Origin: Eledone cirrhosa
Lineage: Eukaryota
Direction of reading: 5' to 3'
Assembly: GCA_964016885.1 (NCBI GenBank)
Contig: OZ024748.1
Location: 12,710,001 to 12,774,000, forward strand
Length of the DNA: 64,000 bases
This document shows, piece after piece, positions 1 through 11,541 of the stretch. Each line of letters starts with the position of its first letter. Positions within the stretch are counted from its first letter, which is position 1. Both the position numbers and the translations under genes were made by a program. The notes under the pieces are model-generated. The model saw only the letters and a list, made by a program, of their open reading frames with translations. It was not told the origin of the DNA and did not search any database.

Positions 1-30
1 ATCTATCTATCTGTCTATCTAACTATCTAT

Positions 31-150
31 CTTTTTATATATAGTTTATTGTTATTCTTCATTGTTAAAGATTTTATGTAAAGCCCCCACCGTCACGTCT
101 TGTAATGTCCCATTATTGTACGCCCCTGTGGCAAATAAAGAAAGATATCT
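31..150 (+). mobile_element. 3' end of Tx1/L1-like LINE (3' UTR only)
   Basis: Ends TTGTACGCCCCTGTGGCAAATAAAGAAAGATATCTATC and runs into (ATCT)n. The same terminus recurs at ~620, ~48725 and ~49462, and the last of these follows a LINE ORF2-like C-terminus. Confidence 0.55.
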
Positions 151-159
151 ATCTATCTA

Positions 160-620
160 AAACCTGTAGTTTGAGGAAGATAAACAGAGGGAAGACAGGA
201 ACAGCTACAAAACGTGTTCCTGGAGTTGAGGGTTGTTCTATCCACGGGGTGTAAAACAACCCCGCAGTAACCCCCCCCCTATTGGGGATTTCGATTGTTT
301 CATTTTGTATATAGTTTATTGTTATCCATTATTATTTAGGGCGGTGAATTGGCAGTATCGGTGGAGGGTTGGATTATGCTTTCCAGCATAGTTACGTCCC
401 TTTACGATCTGAGTTCAATTCCCGCCGAGGTTAACTTTGCCTTTCATCCTTACGGGGTCGATAAAATAAAGCACCAGTAATGTACTGGGATAATTGCTGG
501 CCTTGTGCCAAAAAGTAGAAACAATTATTATTGTTAAAGATTTTTATGTAAAACCCCCTCCGTCACGTCGTGTAATGTCCCATTTCTTGTACGCCCTTAT
601 GACAAATAAAGAAAGATATC
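160..620 (+). mobile_element. longer 3' UTR copy of the same Tx1/L1-like LINE, interrupted by a SINE
   Basis: 160-300 resembles 49195-49320. 300-338 plus 531-620 is a near copy of 31-150. Flanked by (ATCT)n. Confidence 0.55.
339..531 (+). mobile_element. tRNA-derived SINE, full length (family SINE-A)
   Basis: A-box-like TGGCAGTATCGG, B-box-like GAGTTCAATTCCC, body GTTAACTTTGCCTTTCATCCTTACGGGGTCGATAAAATAAAG, (ATT)n tail. More than 12 copies in the window. Confidence 0.85.
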
Positions 621-645
621 TATCTATGCATCTATCTATCTATAG

Positions 646-838
646 GAAAAAAATTCAGGACCCCGACGGCTGAGCTCCGGCCGTTTCAATAGCTAGATCC
701 GAACTCAGTTCGTATCTAGCTGTTGAAACAACTAGAGCTCAGCCGTCGGGGTCCTGAATTGTTTCATATTACCCCCTATACTACCACAAATATCGAGTAC
801 TCTGGTGAGTAATGGTCTAACTGGTTTCTACCACCTCC
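646..838. mobile_element. fold-back pair, family A (putative Penelope-like terminus)
   Basis: GGACCCCGACGGCTGAGCTC...GAGCTCAGCCGTCGGGGTCC inverted arms. Partial extra copy at 919-978. Confidence 0.6.
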
Positions 839-877
839 AATCTTATCTATCTATCTTTCTTTCTATCTATCTATCTT

Positions 878-919
<42 letters not shown>

Positions 920-1061
920 AGGACCGCGACGGCTGAGCTCCGGCCGTTTCAATAGCTAGATCCGAACTCAGTTCGTATCTATCTATCTATCTATCTGCCT
1001 AGCTGTCAATCTCCAATCTCCCTCTTTCTCCTTTCCTCCATGTATGTATCTATCTATGTAG

Positions 1062-1122
1062 ATTTAACTACTACAATTTTAGCACAGTATGCACTCCACC
1101 AGTGGAATGTACTGCAGTTTGA
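1062..1122 (+). CDS. candidate terminal coding exon of an unidentified gene (FNYYNFSTVCTPPVECTAV*)
   Basis: Pyrimidine tract at ~1010-1040, TAG acceptor ending at 1061, open frame to TGA 1120-1122, followed by long T-rich UTR-like sequence. No homology confirmed. Confidence 0.35.
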
Positions 1123-1547
1123 AGATTCACGTTATAAACATTTACCTGGGAAATTCTTTGACGTCCACATTTTATTTTATTTTTCATTTTGTTTTTATTA
1201 TTTACTCTATTTATATATTTGAATTATTATTTCTGTTCTTTATCATTATTATTATTATTATTAAAAAAAAAATTTATTCATTACATATTTCTTAAAATAT
1301 TTCTTATTTTTGATTTTTTACTATATTTTTATTTATGTATATATATTTTAATTGAATTTAATTTTTTTAATTAATTAATTTATTTATATTTTTAAACTTT
1401 AGTTTCGGTATTAATTTGTCTTTGAGATCCTTCAGATCATAAGAAGAGTTTTTTTCTTCTTTTGACCATCATTTTAAGTATTCTCTGGTTATTTCTATTT
1501 TCAGAATTCCTCAAAATTTAAAAAAATCTAGTTTTTATCTGTCTCTG

Positions 1548-1603
<56 letters not shown>

Positions 1604-1747
1604 CACTCTCTCTATATATATATCTCAACCTCCCTCTCTCCCTATCTATCTCTCACCCTCTCTCTCTGTATCTATCTATCATCTATTTATCCATATATAT
1701 CTTACGCTCTCTCTCTCTCTCTCTCTCTTTCCCCTCTCTCTCTCTGT

Positions 1748-1784
<37 letters not shown>

Positions 1785-1894
1785 TATTATTATTATTACT
1801 ATCGAACAGATTTTCGATATTATTTATATCAATATGAAATTGTTATTATTTTTATTTTAAATTTGTATTTAATTTTAATTTTAATATTTTAAAC

Positions 1895-2106
1895 TCTTCT
1901 TCTTCTTCTTCTTCTTCTTCTTCTTCTTCTTCTTCTTCTTCTTCTTCTTCTTCTTCTTCTTCTTCTTCTTCTTCTTCTTCTTCTTCTTCTTCTTCTTCTT
2001 CTTCTTCTTCTCCATTCAAGTACTTTGTTTAATTTTTCATCTAATCTTTCCTTTTTGTGGTTTTGTTTGTTTATTTCTTTGTTTCAGTATTAGTTCCATA
2101 TTTTGG

Positions 2107-2153
<47 letters not shown>

Positions 2154-2204
2154 CTTCTTCTTCTTCTTCTTCTTCTTCTTCTTCTTCTTCTTCTTCTTCT
2201 TCTT

Positions 2205-2235
<31 letters not shown>

Positions 2236-2345
2236 TTATTATTATTATTATTATTATTATTGTTTTTGTTGTTATTGTTGTTGTTTTATTAATCTTATAT
2301 ATAATAATTGTTGTTGTCGTTATTGCTATTGTTGTTGTTGTTGTT
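1895..2345. repeat. (CTT)n / (GTT)n / (ATT)n microsatellite cluster
   Basis: Visible pure trinucleotide runs. Confidence 0.95.
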
Positions 2346-2811
2346 TGCTACAAGAAATAAAATAAAATTTATATAAATAGCCATAGCCAACGTCTTCGTT
2401 CGTTCGTTCGTTCATTTTTTTTTTTTCAGTTTTTTTTAGAATATATTTTATTGTTATTTTTATTTCATATTATTTTAGTTTATCTTTTTAATAATTTTCT
2501 TTCTTTCATCTTCATCTTCTTCTTCTTCTTTCTCAAAACATTACTTTGAAACTAAAGCTAGCTTGTTATCGAAGTCATTTTTTGAAACCAAATAAGAAAA
2601 AAAATAAGGGATAGAGATGGGCGGTGGAATTTTTTGAGATGAAATGAAATGATGTATATTAAAGTAACAGTAGTTAAAATATGGGGAAAAATAATATAAA
2701 AAATAATAAAAAAAAAAGATCAAATATGTAACGAAAAAGAAGAAGAAAAAGAAAAAAGGAAAGAATTGCTAATTTTTTTTTTACCTCTGCTGGGCTGGAA
2801 CCGGAAACCAG

Positions 2812-2894
2812 ACCGGAGAACATTGGAGTGGTAATTTCCGGTTTAATGGTAACTTCCAAATGAAATTCAAGGAAATGGAGATACTGACGCGCAG
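2812..2894 (+). CDS. candidate internal exon ([27 protein letters not shown])
   Basis: CTAAT branch-like site and poly-T at ~2769-2782, first AG at 2810-2811, donor CAG|GTATGT at 2894/2895, one open frame. A competing minus-strand donor exists at 2785/2784. Confidence 0.3.
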
Positions 2895-3144
2895 GTATGT
2901 ATGTCTGTTTGTATGTATGTATGTATGTATGTATGTATGTATGTATGTATGTATGTATGTATGTATGTATGTATGTATGTATGTATGCGTGTGTGTATGA
3001 TTGTATGTATGTGTGTATGTATGTATGTACGTATGTATGTATGTATGGATGTATGTATGTATCTGTGTATGGATGGATGGATATGTAAAGTGGCTAGAAT
3101 ACATATACATATGCTGCTTAGATATTTGTACATACACACATCAC

Positions 3145-3251
<107 letters not shown>

Positions 3252-3289
3252 GTGTGTGTATGTGTATGTATATATATATATATACATGT

Positions 3290-3420
3290 GTATACGTGCG
3301 TGTATGAGTGTCGTATATATATATATATGTATGTATGTGGTCATATGCACATGCCAGTGTGTGTGTATATGTATATATATATATATATATACATGTGTAT
3401 ACGTGCGTGTATGAGTGTCG

Positions 3421-3455
<35 letters not shown>

Positions 3456-3491
3456 GGTCATATGCACATGCCAGTGTGTGTGTATGTATGC

Positions 3492-3562
<71 letters not shown>

Positions 3563-3565
3563 CAT

Positions 3566-3616
<51 letters not shown>

Positions 3617-3925
3617 TGTATGTGGTCATATGCACATGCCAGTGTGTGTGTATGTGTGTCGTATATATATATGTATATATGTATGTATGTGGTCATATGC
3701 ACATGCCAGTGTGTGTGTATGTGTGTCGTATATATATATATATATATGTATGTATGTGGTCATATGCACATGCCAGTGTGTGTGTATGTGTGTCGTATAT
3801 ATATATGTATATATGTATGTATGTGGTCATATGCACATGCCAGTGTGTGTGTATGTGTGTCGTATATATATATGTATATATGTATGTATGTGGTCATATG
3901 CACATGCCAGTGTGTGTGTATGTGT
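3290..3925. repeat. composite minisatellite, core GGTCATATGCACATGCCAG x7 separated by microsatellite
   Basis: Cores near 3339, 3456, 3624, 3691, 3758, 3825 and 3892. The last five have a 67-bp period. Confidence 0.9.
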
Positions 3926-4244
3926 TAGTCATATCTCTGGACAGTTTTAGTAGAACATAAATTAAAACGAAATGAAATGAACGACAGAAAGAAAGAGGTT
4001 GAGAAAGAACCGAGAAAATGGAACAGAAAATCAGATTACCAAATAATATTAATAACAACAACATTAATGAAAATAACATCAACAATAATAGTAATAATGA
4101 TTTCTTTATTGGCCACAAGGGCTGACATCAAGAAAAACATTACAGACGGTACAGGACGGCACAGGAAGGTACGATGTGGGTTTTGTGCGTGTAAAGATTT
4201 TTATTATTTATATAAGAAAAGAAAAAAAAAGACATAGAAACATA

Positions 4245-4276
<32 letters not shown>

Positions 4277-4278
<2 letters not shown>

Positions 4279-4582
4279 TGTTTCTACTTTAGGCACAAGG
4301 CCAGCAATTAACCAGTACATTACTGGTACTTTATTTTATCGACCCCGTAAGGATGAAAGGCAAAGTCAAAATAATAATAATAACAATAATAATAATTGTT
4401 TCTACTTTTGGCACAAGGCCAGTAATAACCCAGTGCATTACTGGTACTTTATTTTATCGACCCCGTAAGGATGAAAGGCAAAGTTAACCTCGGCGGGATT
4501 TGAACTCAGACCATAGAGGGACGTAACTCTATGCTGGAAAGCATGGCGTCTGACTCTCTACCGATACTGCCAATCCACCGCC
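4277..4582 (-). mobile_element. two tandem SINE-A copies (one 5'-truncated, one full) in (AAT)n
   Basis: Reverse complement of the 339-531 element. Confidence 0.85.
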
Positions 4583-4615
4583 TGATAACAATAATAATAA
4601 TAATAATAATAATAG

Positions 4616-5220
4616 TCCGAGTGTAAACACCTAGCCCAGACCCACTATAAGGGCTGGAGACACGATGTGATGGGCAGGGTGATCCACTGGGACCTGTGCA
4701 AAGTAAACAATTTACCACATTCTGAGAAATGGTATGAGCATAGGCCAGAGGCGGTGATGGAGAACAATCAGGTGAAGGTGCTGTGGGATTTTAGGATACA
4801 GACGGACAAAAAACTGGAACACAATAGACCTGACCTGGTGGTTGTGGACAAAGAAAAAAGAACGTGTCTGATTGTGGATGTGGCCTGCCCGTTCGACACG
4901 AGAGTGCAAGAGAAGGAGAGGGAGAAAATTAACCGATACCAGGACCTAAAGTGGGAGGTGAAAAGGATTTGGAACTGCCATGAAGTCAAAGTGATCCCGA
5001 TTGTCATAGGCGCACTGGGGACTATCTCCAAAAGTTTCCAGGGATGGTTAAAGAAAATCGGCCCCTTCACGCTTTTTGGAACGCTTCAAAAGGCATGCTT
5101 GCTTGGAACAGCAAGAACCCTCCGATACGTCCTGAATATCTGAGGCTGCAGGTAGTGGCTTGATATTCAATCCAACGGACTTTCCAGTTAACCAACATCA
5201 ATGACTGAGATTCAAGGAAT
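4616..5220 (+). mobile_element. 5'-truncated R4/Dong-clade non-LTR retrotransposon: restriction-like endonuclease domain plus 3' UTR
   Basis: Open frame 4616-5143: ECKHLAQTHYKGWRHD..IHWDLC..WYEHRP..LWDFRIQTD..NRPDLVVVD..LIVDVACPFD..KINRYQDL..IPIVIGALG..LQKACLLGT. (TAA)n on both sides. Confidence 0.85.
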
Positions 5221-5282
5221 AACAACAATAATAATAATAATAATAATAATGATGATTTCATTTATTAGCCACAAGGGCCGAC

Positions 5283-5314
<32 letters not shown>

Positions 5315-5707
5315 CAAAACAATAATAATAATAATAATAATAAAATAAAATAATAATGATAATGATAACAAGAAAATAATAAATAAAACTGAAGTTAATT
5401 GTAATAAAAAGCGAAATAGTATTAACATGGAATGATCTTGAAAGACTGGCAGACAAGAGGAAATTGGAATACAGTTGTGGCTATTGGTCCAACTTGACCA
5501 TGTCTTCAATTGTCACTTCATATTTACCATCTCTCTCTCTCTCTCTCTGTATATATATATATATGTGTGTGTGTGCGTGTGTATGTGTGTGTGTGTGTTT
5601 GTATATATATATATATATATATATACGTTATTCCGGGTTGAATCGGAGGTAACCACAGTAAGTAAGGTACTCAATACATAGCAGAGTATAAAAGTTTTAA
5701 TATAGAT

Positions 5708-5760
5708 GAGATTCTACAGGACTAGAACTGTTTCATTCATTAGAAATCATCAGGAATCTC
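5708..5760 (-). ncRNA. type I hammerhead ribozyme motif (family B)
   Basis: GAGAUUC-CUGAUGA-U.UUC.UAAU.GAA.U-GAAA-CAG.UUCUAGUC.CUG-UA-GAAUCUC: 7-bp stem I, GUA cleavage triplet. Confidence 0.75.
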
Positions 5761-5761
5761 A

Positions 5762-5814
5762 GGGATTCCTGATGATTTCTAATGAATGAAACAGTTCTAG
5801 TCCTGTAGAATCTC
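5762..5814 (+). ncRNA. type I hammerhead ribozyme motif (family B)
   Basis: GGGAUUC-CUGAUGA(5769-5775)-stem II-GAAA(5788-5791)-CAG/CUG stem III-UA-GAAUCUC. Predicted cut after A5807. Confidence 0.75.
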
Positions 5815-5815
5815 A

Positions 5816-5890
<75 letters not shown>

Positions 5891-6081
5891 CATATGTCAT
5901 TCTCTTTCTCTCTCTCTCTCTCTTTCACTCTATCTATCTCTCTATCTATCTCTCTATATATAGTTGTTATATAGTAAGGTGTATTATTGGTTGTGTCAAA
6001 CGGTCCAATAAACCGTTGTTAGCAATATTAAGTTCTCCACGCTTTTGTATATCTCCAGCTAGATGATGTAAAACGGAGTAT

Positions 6082-6222
6082 TTGTATCAAAATAAAGATC
6101 CGAAGGCATGGTATAAATTTCCAATCATTTTAATCACGACACATGTTTCAATAAGAGATAGATGTGTCGTGATTAAAATGATTGGAAATTTATACCATGC
6201 CTTCGGATCTTTATTTTGATAT
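6082..6222. mobile_element. fold-back pair, family E (probable Penelope-like terminus)
   Basis: TATCAAAATAAAGATCCGAAGGCATGG...ACGACACAT inverted repeat. The minus strand reads GAAAC.AUGU.GUC (hammerhead 3' half only). Lies between (TA)n tracts. Confidence 0.45.
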
Positions 6223-6362
6223 CTCTATATATATATATATATAAATATAAATTCAGCGAGAATCGTATTTCGGCTGGTAGAAAAAGCGAAACGAAACGCA
6301 AAATCGTAGACATGCTGACAAACGCTCCAATAGTTAAGAAAACTAGAGCTAAACAATATGTT

Positions 6363-6496
6363 AAAACGCCATACAAACTGAAAAAGTGGTGAAGAAGGCA
6401 TTAACCACCTAAGCCAAAAAACAAATCAAGCTAAACAGGCCAAACAAAATAAATGATAAAAACCGACCTGGACCAAAATATATACATATACATATG

Positions 6497-6548
<52 letters not shown>

Positions 6549-6618
6549 GGTATATATGTGTGTGTGTGTGTGTGTATGTGTGTATGCATATGTATATATA
6601 TATATATATATATATAGG

Positions 6619-6649
<31 letters not shown>

Positions 6650-6788
6650 ATATGCATATGTATATGTATATATTTTGGTCCAGGTCGGTTTTTATCATTT
6701 ATTTTGTTTGGCCTGTTTAGCTTGATTTGTTTTTTGGCTTAGGTGGTTAATGCCTTCTTCACCACTTTTTCAGTTTGTATGGCGTTTT
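6363..6788. repeat. inverted duplication of ~135 bp unique sequence around a CA/TA/TG microsatellite centre
   Basis: 6363-6500 is the reverse complement of ~6648-6788. Confidence 0.9.
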
Positions 6789-7183
6789 ATATATATATAT
6801 GTATATATTTATTTATATATATGTATATATTTATTTATATATCTATATATCTATATATATCTATATATGTATCTATGTATATAGATACATATATACATAT
6901 ATATATTGTTGAAAATTATACCCAATAAGTTATTTATACACATATTTATTTTATTATAGAAATAATTTCTACAAGATGAAAGACCAAAAATGATGATGTC
7001 TTACGAATAAACAGTTCTAGTCTCTAGAAGTCATTTCTATAGAAAAAAGATACAGATGCCTATACATTACTAACGTATTGAGGACCATACATATATTAAT
7101 ATATATATATATACACACTACACATGTATATATATATATTGCATAATTGCAAAAATGTTATTATTAATATTCGAAAAACTCAG

Positions 7184-7293
<110 letters not shown>

Positions 7294-7372
7294 ACAACGC
7301 AGCACGCTATTTTTTCATTTATATATATATATATATATACACATACACACACACATGTATATATATATACAT

Positions 7373-7441
<69 letters not shown>

Positions 7442-7488
7442 CATATATATAAATACATATATTCACACATATATATTCATATATATAT

Positions 7489-7701
7489 AACGAAGGAAAT
7501 ATGGTAAGGAACCAGATGGACCATAACGCACCAAAGTACTCAATACTTAGGGTAGTAGACTGGGTAATAGGAACAAGTAGGACCCCGACGGCTGAGCTCA
7601 AGCCGTTTCGACGGCTAATTCTGGACTAAATGAAGTCCAGAATTTAGTCCAGAATTCGCCGTCGAAACGGCTTGATCTCAGCCGTCGGGGTACTACTTAT
7701 T

Positions 7702-7703
<2 letters not shown>
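7489..7703. mobile_element. fold-back pair, family A
   Basis: Long arm AACGAAGGAAAT...GGCTAATTCTGGACT, inverted short arm ending TTCCTA. (TA)n on both sides. Confidence 0.7.
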
Positions 7704-7752
<49 letters not shown>

Positions 7753-8312
7753 GTATATTTTATATATTTTATAATATATCAGGTTTTTGAAAAATGTGAA
7801 GAAATAAAAAATAAAAAAAAAACAAAAGAAAACGAAAACAAAACTGATAAATCTTAAACTAAATTGTCGGACATATCACTCCAGAAGTTATAGGGGAAAT
7901 AAATAGAAGACTTGTTAGCATTCTAAAGAGTTTCTAGAATTACTGGTGTCAGTTAATATCGAAAATGACTTCAGTGCCAGAACTAACGACACAGTTGTCA
8001 AGACTTCTGCACTGGAAGGAAAAGTCTTTTAAACGTTGTTACTTCCTTGATGGACATCTGAAAGGTTGACAGAGTCAGGAGAGTAGATGGGAAGAGGGGA
8101 AGAGAAAAGAGGGGAAATATATATATATATCCGGGAGCTTCCAACAGAAATGGTCGAATTCTTTAAGGGTATGTCAATATTTATTTATAAAACTGCTCTA
8201 TATTATATTTTATCTGATGAAAGCACACCATAATTTAACTTGGAGTCCTTGAAATATGTATAATGAAATAAATATGGTTTTATAAATATAGTTTCCATTT
8301 GTTAATATATCG

Positions 8313-8348
<36 letters not shown>

Positions 8349-8400
8349 TTACCTACACTAGTAGATATATATATATCTATTTACGTACACACTCACACAG

Positions 8401-8444
<44 letters not shown>

Positions 8445-9138
8445 TCACACACAGATACAGAAAAACTCACTCACTCATTCAAACACACACATGCACTCAC
8501 ACAGATTCACACACACATATATTCACACTTTCACACGCATTCACACACACAGACACGCTCACATACATTCAGACATACACACACAGACTCACAGACACAG
8601 ACACACCGACATACACACCCACATTCACACACTCACACACGCAGACTCAGACATACACACACACACACACTCACAAACACACACAACAACGCACGACAGA
8701 AATGGAGAAGGGCTGGCTGACAAAATAGCAAGACAGTTGAGATGTTTTATCCAAGACAATCCAAGATATCCATATATAGTTCTGTCAAAGAACGGTTATA
8801 TTGTTATATGGTGAAACGGTGAAATGGTGAAGCAGGGTGATATACAATGATATAGAATGATATGGGGTGATACAGGGTGATATGACACGATATGACACGA
8901 TCTGTCTCCTGTCACTTTATAGGTTAAATATCAAATTTTTTCTTCACTTCATCTCTTTTTAAAGAAATCAACAAAAGAAACAAAATAAATATATAGATAT
9001 AATATATTGATCTTAAACAAGATAGCTTAATACTATCTATCTATCTATCTATCGATATATACATAGCTACCCATTTCTCTATCTGTCTGTCTATCTATCT
9101 AACTAACTAACTTACTCTCTCTCTCCCTCCCTCTCTCT

Positions 9139-9186
<48 letters not shown>

Positions 9187-9190
9187 ATAT

Positions 9191-9226
<36 letters not shown>

Positions 9227-9482
9227 ATATTTAGCTCTCTCTTGTTTTACGATCGTTTCAAAGAACGGTATTATTTATATGCAGACCAATCGCTGATAGT
9301 TATGTAACGCCATACCATTAGATTCGAATCAAACTGTATATCTTCAGAAACAATAAAAATAATATTCTCTAACACTTCTCTCTGGTGTATCATTCATACA
9401 GTCTTATATACACTTTGAACATTATTCTATGCACTATACATGCACCTTTGATGAGTTGTAGTGCACCTGAGCATTGTGTGGA

Positions 9483-10014
9483 TGGGCAGTATCGGTATAG
9501 GGTCGGACGCCATGTTTTGACGTATAGAGTTTCGGCCATTGCCATTCTGAGTTCAAATCCCGCCGAGGTTAACTTTGCCTTTCATCCTTACGGGGTCGAT
9601 AACATATAGTACCAGTAATGCACTGGGAGAATTTCTGGCCTTGTGCCAAAAGTAGAAACAATTATATTATATGACACGAACCCGTTGATCCACGTTCACC
9701 AGCGATGGCCTGGCTCACCTTTTATGACCAAACATTTAATGAATTTATAAATAAAAGAAAAATATAATTGTTTCTACTTTAGGCACAAGGCCAGCCATTA
9801 CCTATTCTGATGAGAACGAGACCAGCACCGAATCCATACAAGTGGCGTGTCCATGGATGTATGGCTGAGATTCACTCTTTCCATTAAATTATTTAACATA
9901 GACAATCCCGCCGAGGTTAACTTTGCCTTTCATCCTTACAGGGTCGATGAAATAAAGTACCAGTAATACACTGTGGGTTTTTGCTGGCCTTGTGCCAAAA
10001 GTAGAAACAATTAT
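9483..10014 (+). mobile_element. SINE-A cluster (9483-9664 +, 9765-9800 - tail, 9904-10014 +)
   Basis: Matches to the 339-531 element. Confidence 0.8.
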
Positions 10015-10124
10015 ATTATATGACACGAACCCTTTGATCCACGTTCACCAGCGATGGCCTGGCTTACCTTTTATTCCACAACTGACCAAACATTTAATGA
10101 ATTTAATGATATTTTTTCCCACAG

Positions 10125-10179
10125 ACCAGATTTTTTTAAACGACCGACCACGTCTGATGGGAAGGGCAGAATGGTGTGA
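10125..10179 (+). CDS. candidate terminal exon (PDFFKRPTTSDGKGRMV*)
   Basis: Strong acceptor TTTTTTCCCACAG ending at 10124. Phase is compatible with the 2894 donor. Confidence 0.25.
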
Positions 10180-10389
10180 AATGGCAGCAGGTTAAAGCAC
10201 GTCGTTGTCTGGTGGCACACGTGCCATAACAAATGGAGTCACACGTGTTCATCTGTTGTAGTTGTTGGTCTTTGTCTTCACCACAACCTTCTGTTCACAT
10301 TAATCATGCCAAAAACATCGTTAAGTGATATTTCAGCAGTTAACTATCCTGCTTTACATGTTAATATCATTGGCCTGCCGCCGCTGCTT

Positions 10390-11210
10390 ATTGTTACTGC
10401 GGTTTATGTTAGTGTTGTTATTGTTGTGGTGCTGTTGTTGTTGTTGTTGTTGTTGTTGTGGTTGATGTTGGTGTTGTTGTTGTGGTGCTGTTGTTGTTGT
10501 TGTGGTGGTGGTGGTTGATGTTGGCGTTGTTCTTGTGGTGCTGTTTTTGTGGTTTTTGTGGTTTATGTTAGTGTTGTTATTGTTGTGGTGCTGTTGTTGT
10601 TGTTGTTGTTGTTGTTGTGGTTGTGGTTGATGTTGGCGTTGTTGTTGTGGTGCTGTTGTTGTTGTTGTTGTGGTGGTGGTGATTGATGTTGGCGTTGTTG
10701 TTGTGGTGCTGTTTTTGTGGTTTTTGTGGTTTATGTTAGTGTTGTTATTGTTGTGGTGCTGTTGTTGTTGTTGTTGTGGTTGATGTTGGCGTTGTTGTTG
10801 TGGTGCTGTTGTTGTGGTGGTGCTGTTATTGTTGTGGTGCTGTTGTTGTTGTGGTGCTGTTGTTGTTGTGGTGCTGTTTTTGTTGTGGTGCTGTTGTTGT
10901 TACTGTGGTAGCTGTGGCATTTTTGTTGTTTTTGTGGTTGATCTTGTTATTGTTATAGTGGCATGTGTTGTTGTTGTTGTTGTTGTTGTTGTTGCTGTTG
11001 CTGTTGTGGTTGTTGTTGTTGTTTTTGAAGTTACAGTTGCTTTTGTTATTGTGGAAGATGTTAGTGTTGTTAAAGTTGTGCTTATTGTTGCTGTTGTCAT
11101 TGAGGCTGATGTTAGTGTTGTTGTTATTGTTGTTGTGGCTGCTGTTGATGTTGTGTTATTGTTGTTTTTGTTGTTGTGGTTGTTATTGTTATTTTTGTTG
11201 TCGTTGTTAA
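10390..11210. repeat. degenerate (GTT)n tract with higher-order duplications
   Basis: GGTTTATGTTAGTGTTGTTATTGTTGTGGTGCTG recurs three times. Confidence 0.9.
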
Positions 11211-11345
11211 TATCATAGGGAAAGTGGTTGAGGTTGTGATGATGGTGTTATCGTGCCTTAAGAAAGAAAGGAACACACACACACACACACGCATATATAT
11301 ATATGTGTGTATTTATACATGCATATATATATATATATATATATA

Positions 11346-11541
11346 ACGAAGGAAATGTGGTAAGGAACCAGGTGGACCATAACGCACCAAAGTACTCAAT
11401 ACTTGAGGTAGTAGAGTGGGTAATAGGAACCAGTAAGACCTCGACGGCTGAGCCCAAGCCGTTTCGACGGCTAATTCTGGACTGAAGTCCAGAATTAGCC
11501 GTCGAAACGGCTTGAGCTCAGCTGTCGGGGTCTTACTGGTT

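Larger units (their letters stand above)
5626..5818. mobile_element. fold-back pair, family B (putative Penelope-like terminus)
   Basis: Near-perfect inverted repeat centred at 5761 with (TA)n on both sides. Related copies at 31245-31412, 36067-36258 and 40170-40333. Confidence 0.7.

Noticed and set aside
339-430. SINE heads as functional tRNA genes
   Set aside because: A and B boxes are present but there is no cloverleaf, and a shared multi-copy body and tail follow.
3290-3925. CRISPR-like constant repeat with spacers
   Set aside because: The spacers are microsatellite and mutually near-identical.
4667-5143. 158-aa ORF as a host gene
   Set aside because: It is the endonuclease end of a 5'-truncated retrotransposon with no true start.
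5626-5818. Fold-back pairs as DNA-transposon MITEs
   Set aside because: The arms are asymmetric, the centre differs between copies, and they contain hammerhead motifs, unlike fixed-TIR elements.
7998-8057. - strand acceptor followed by MSIKEVTTFKRLFLPVQKS*
   Set aside because: All frames close within 20 codons and there is no homology. Mentioned only as an ambiguity.
9807-9830. CTGATGA as a hammerhead core
   Set aside because: No properly spaced GAAA or stems follow.
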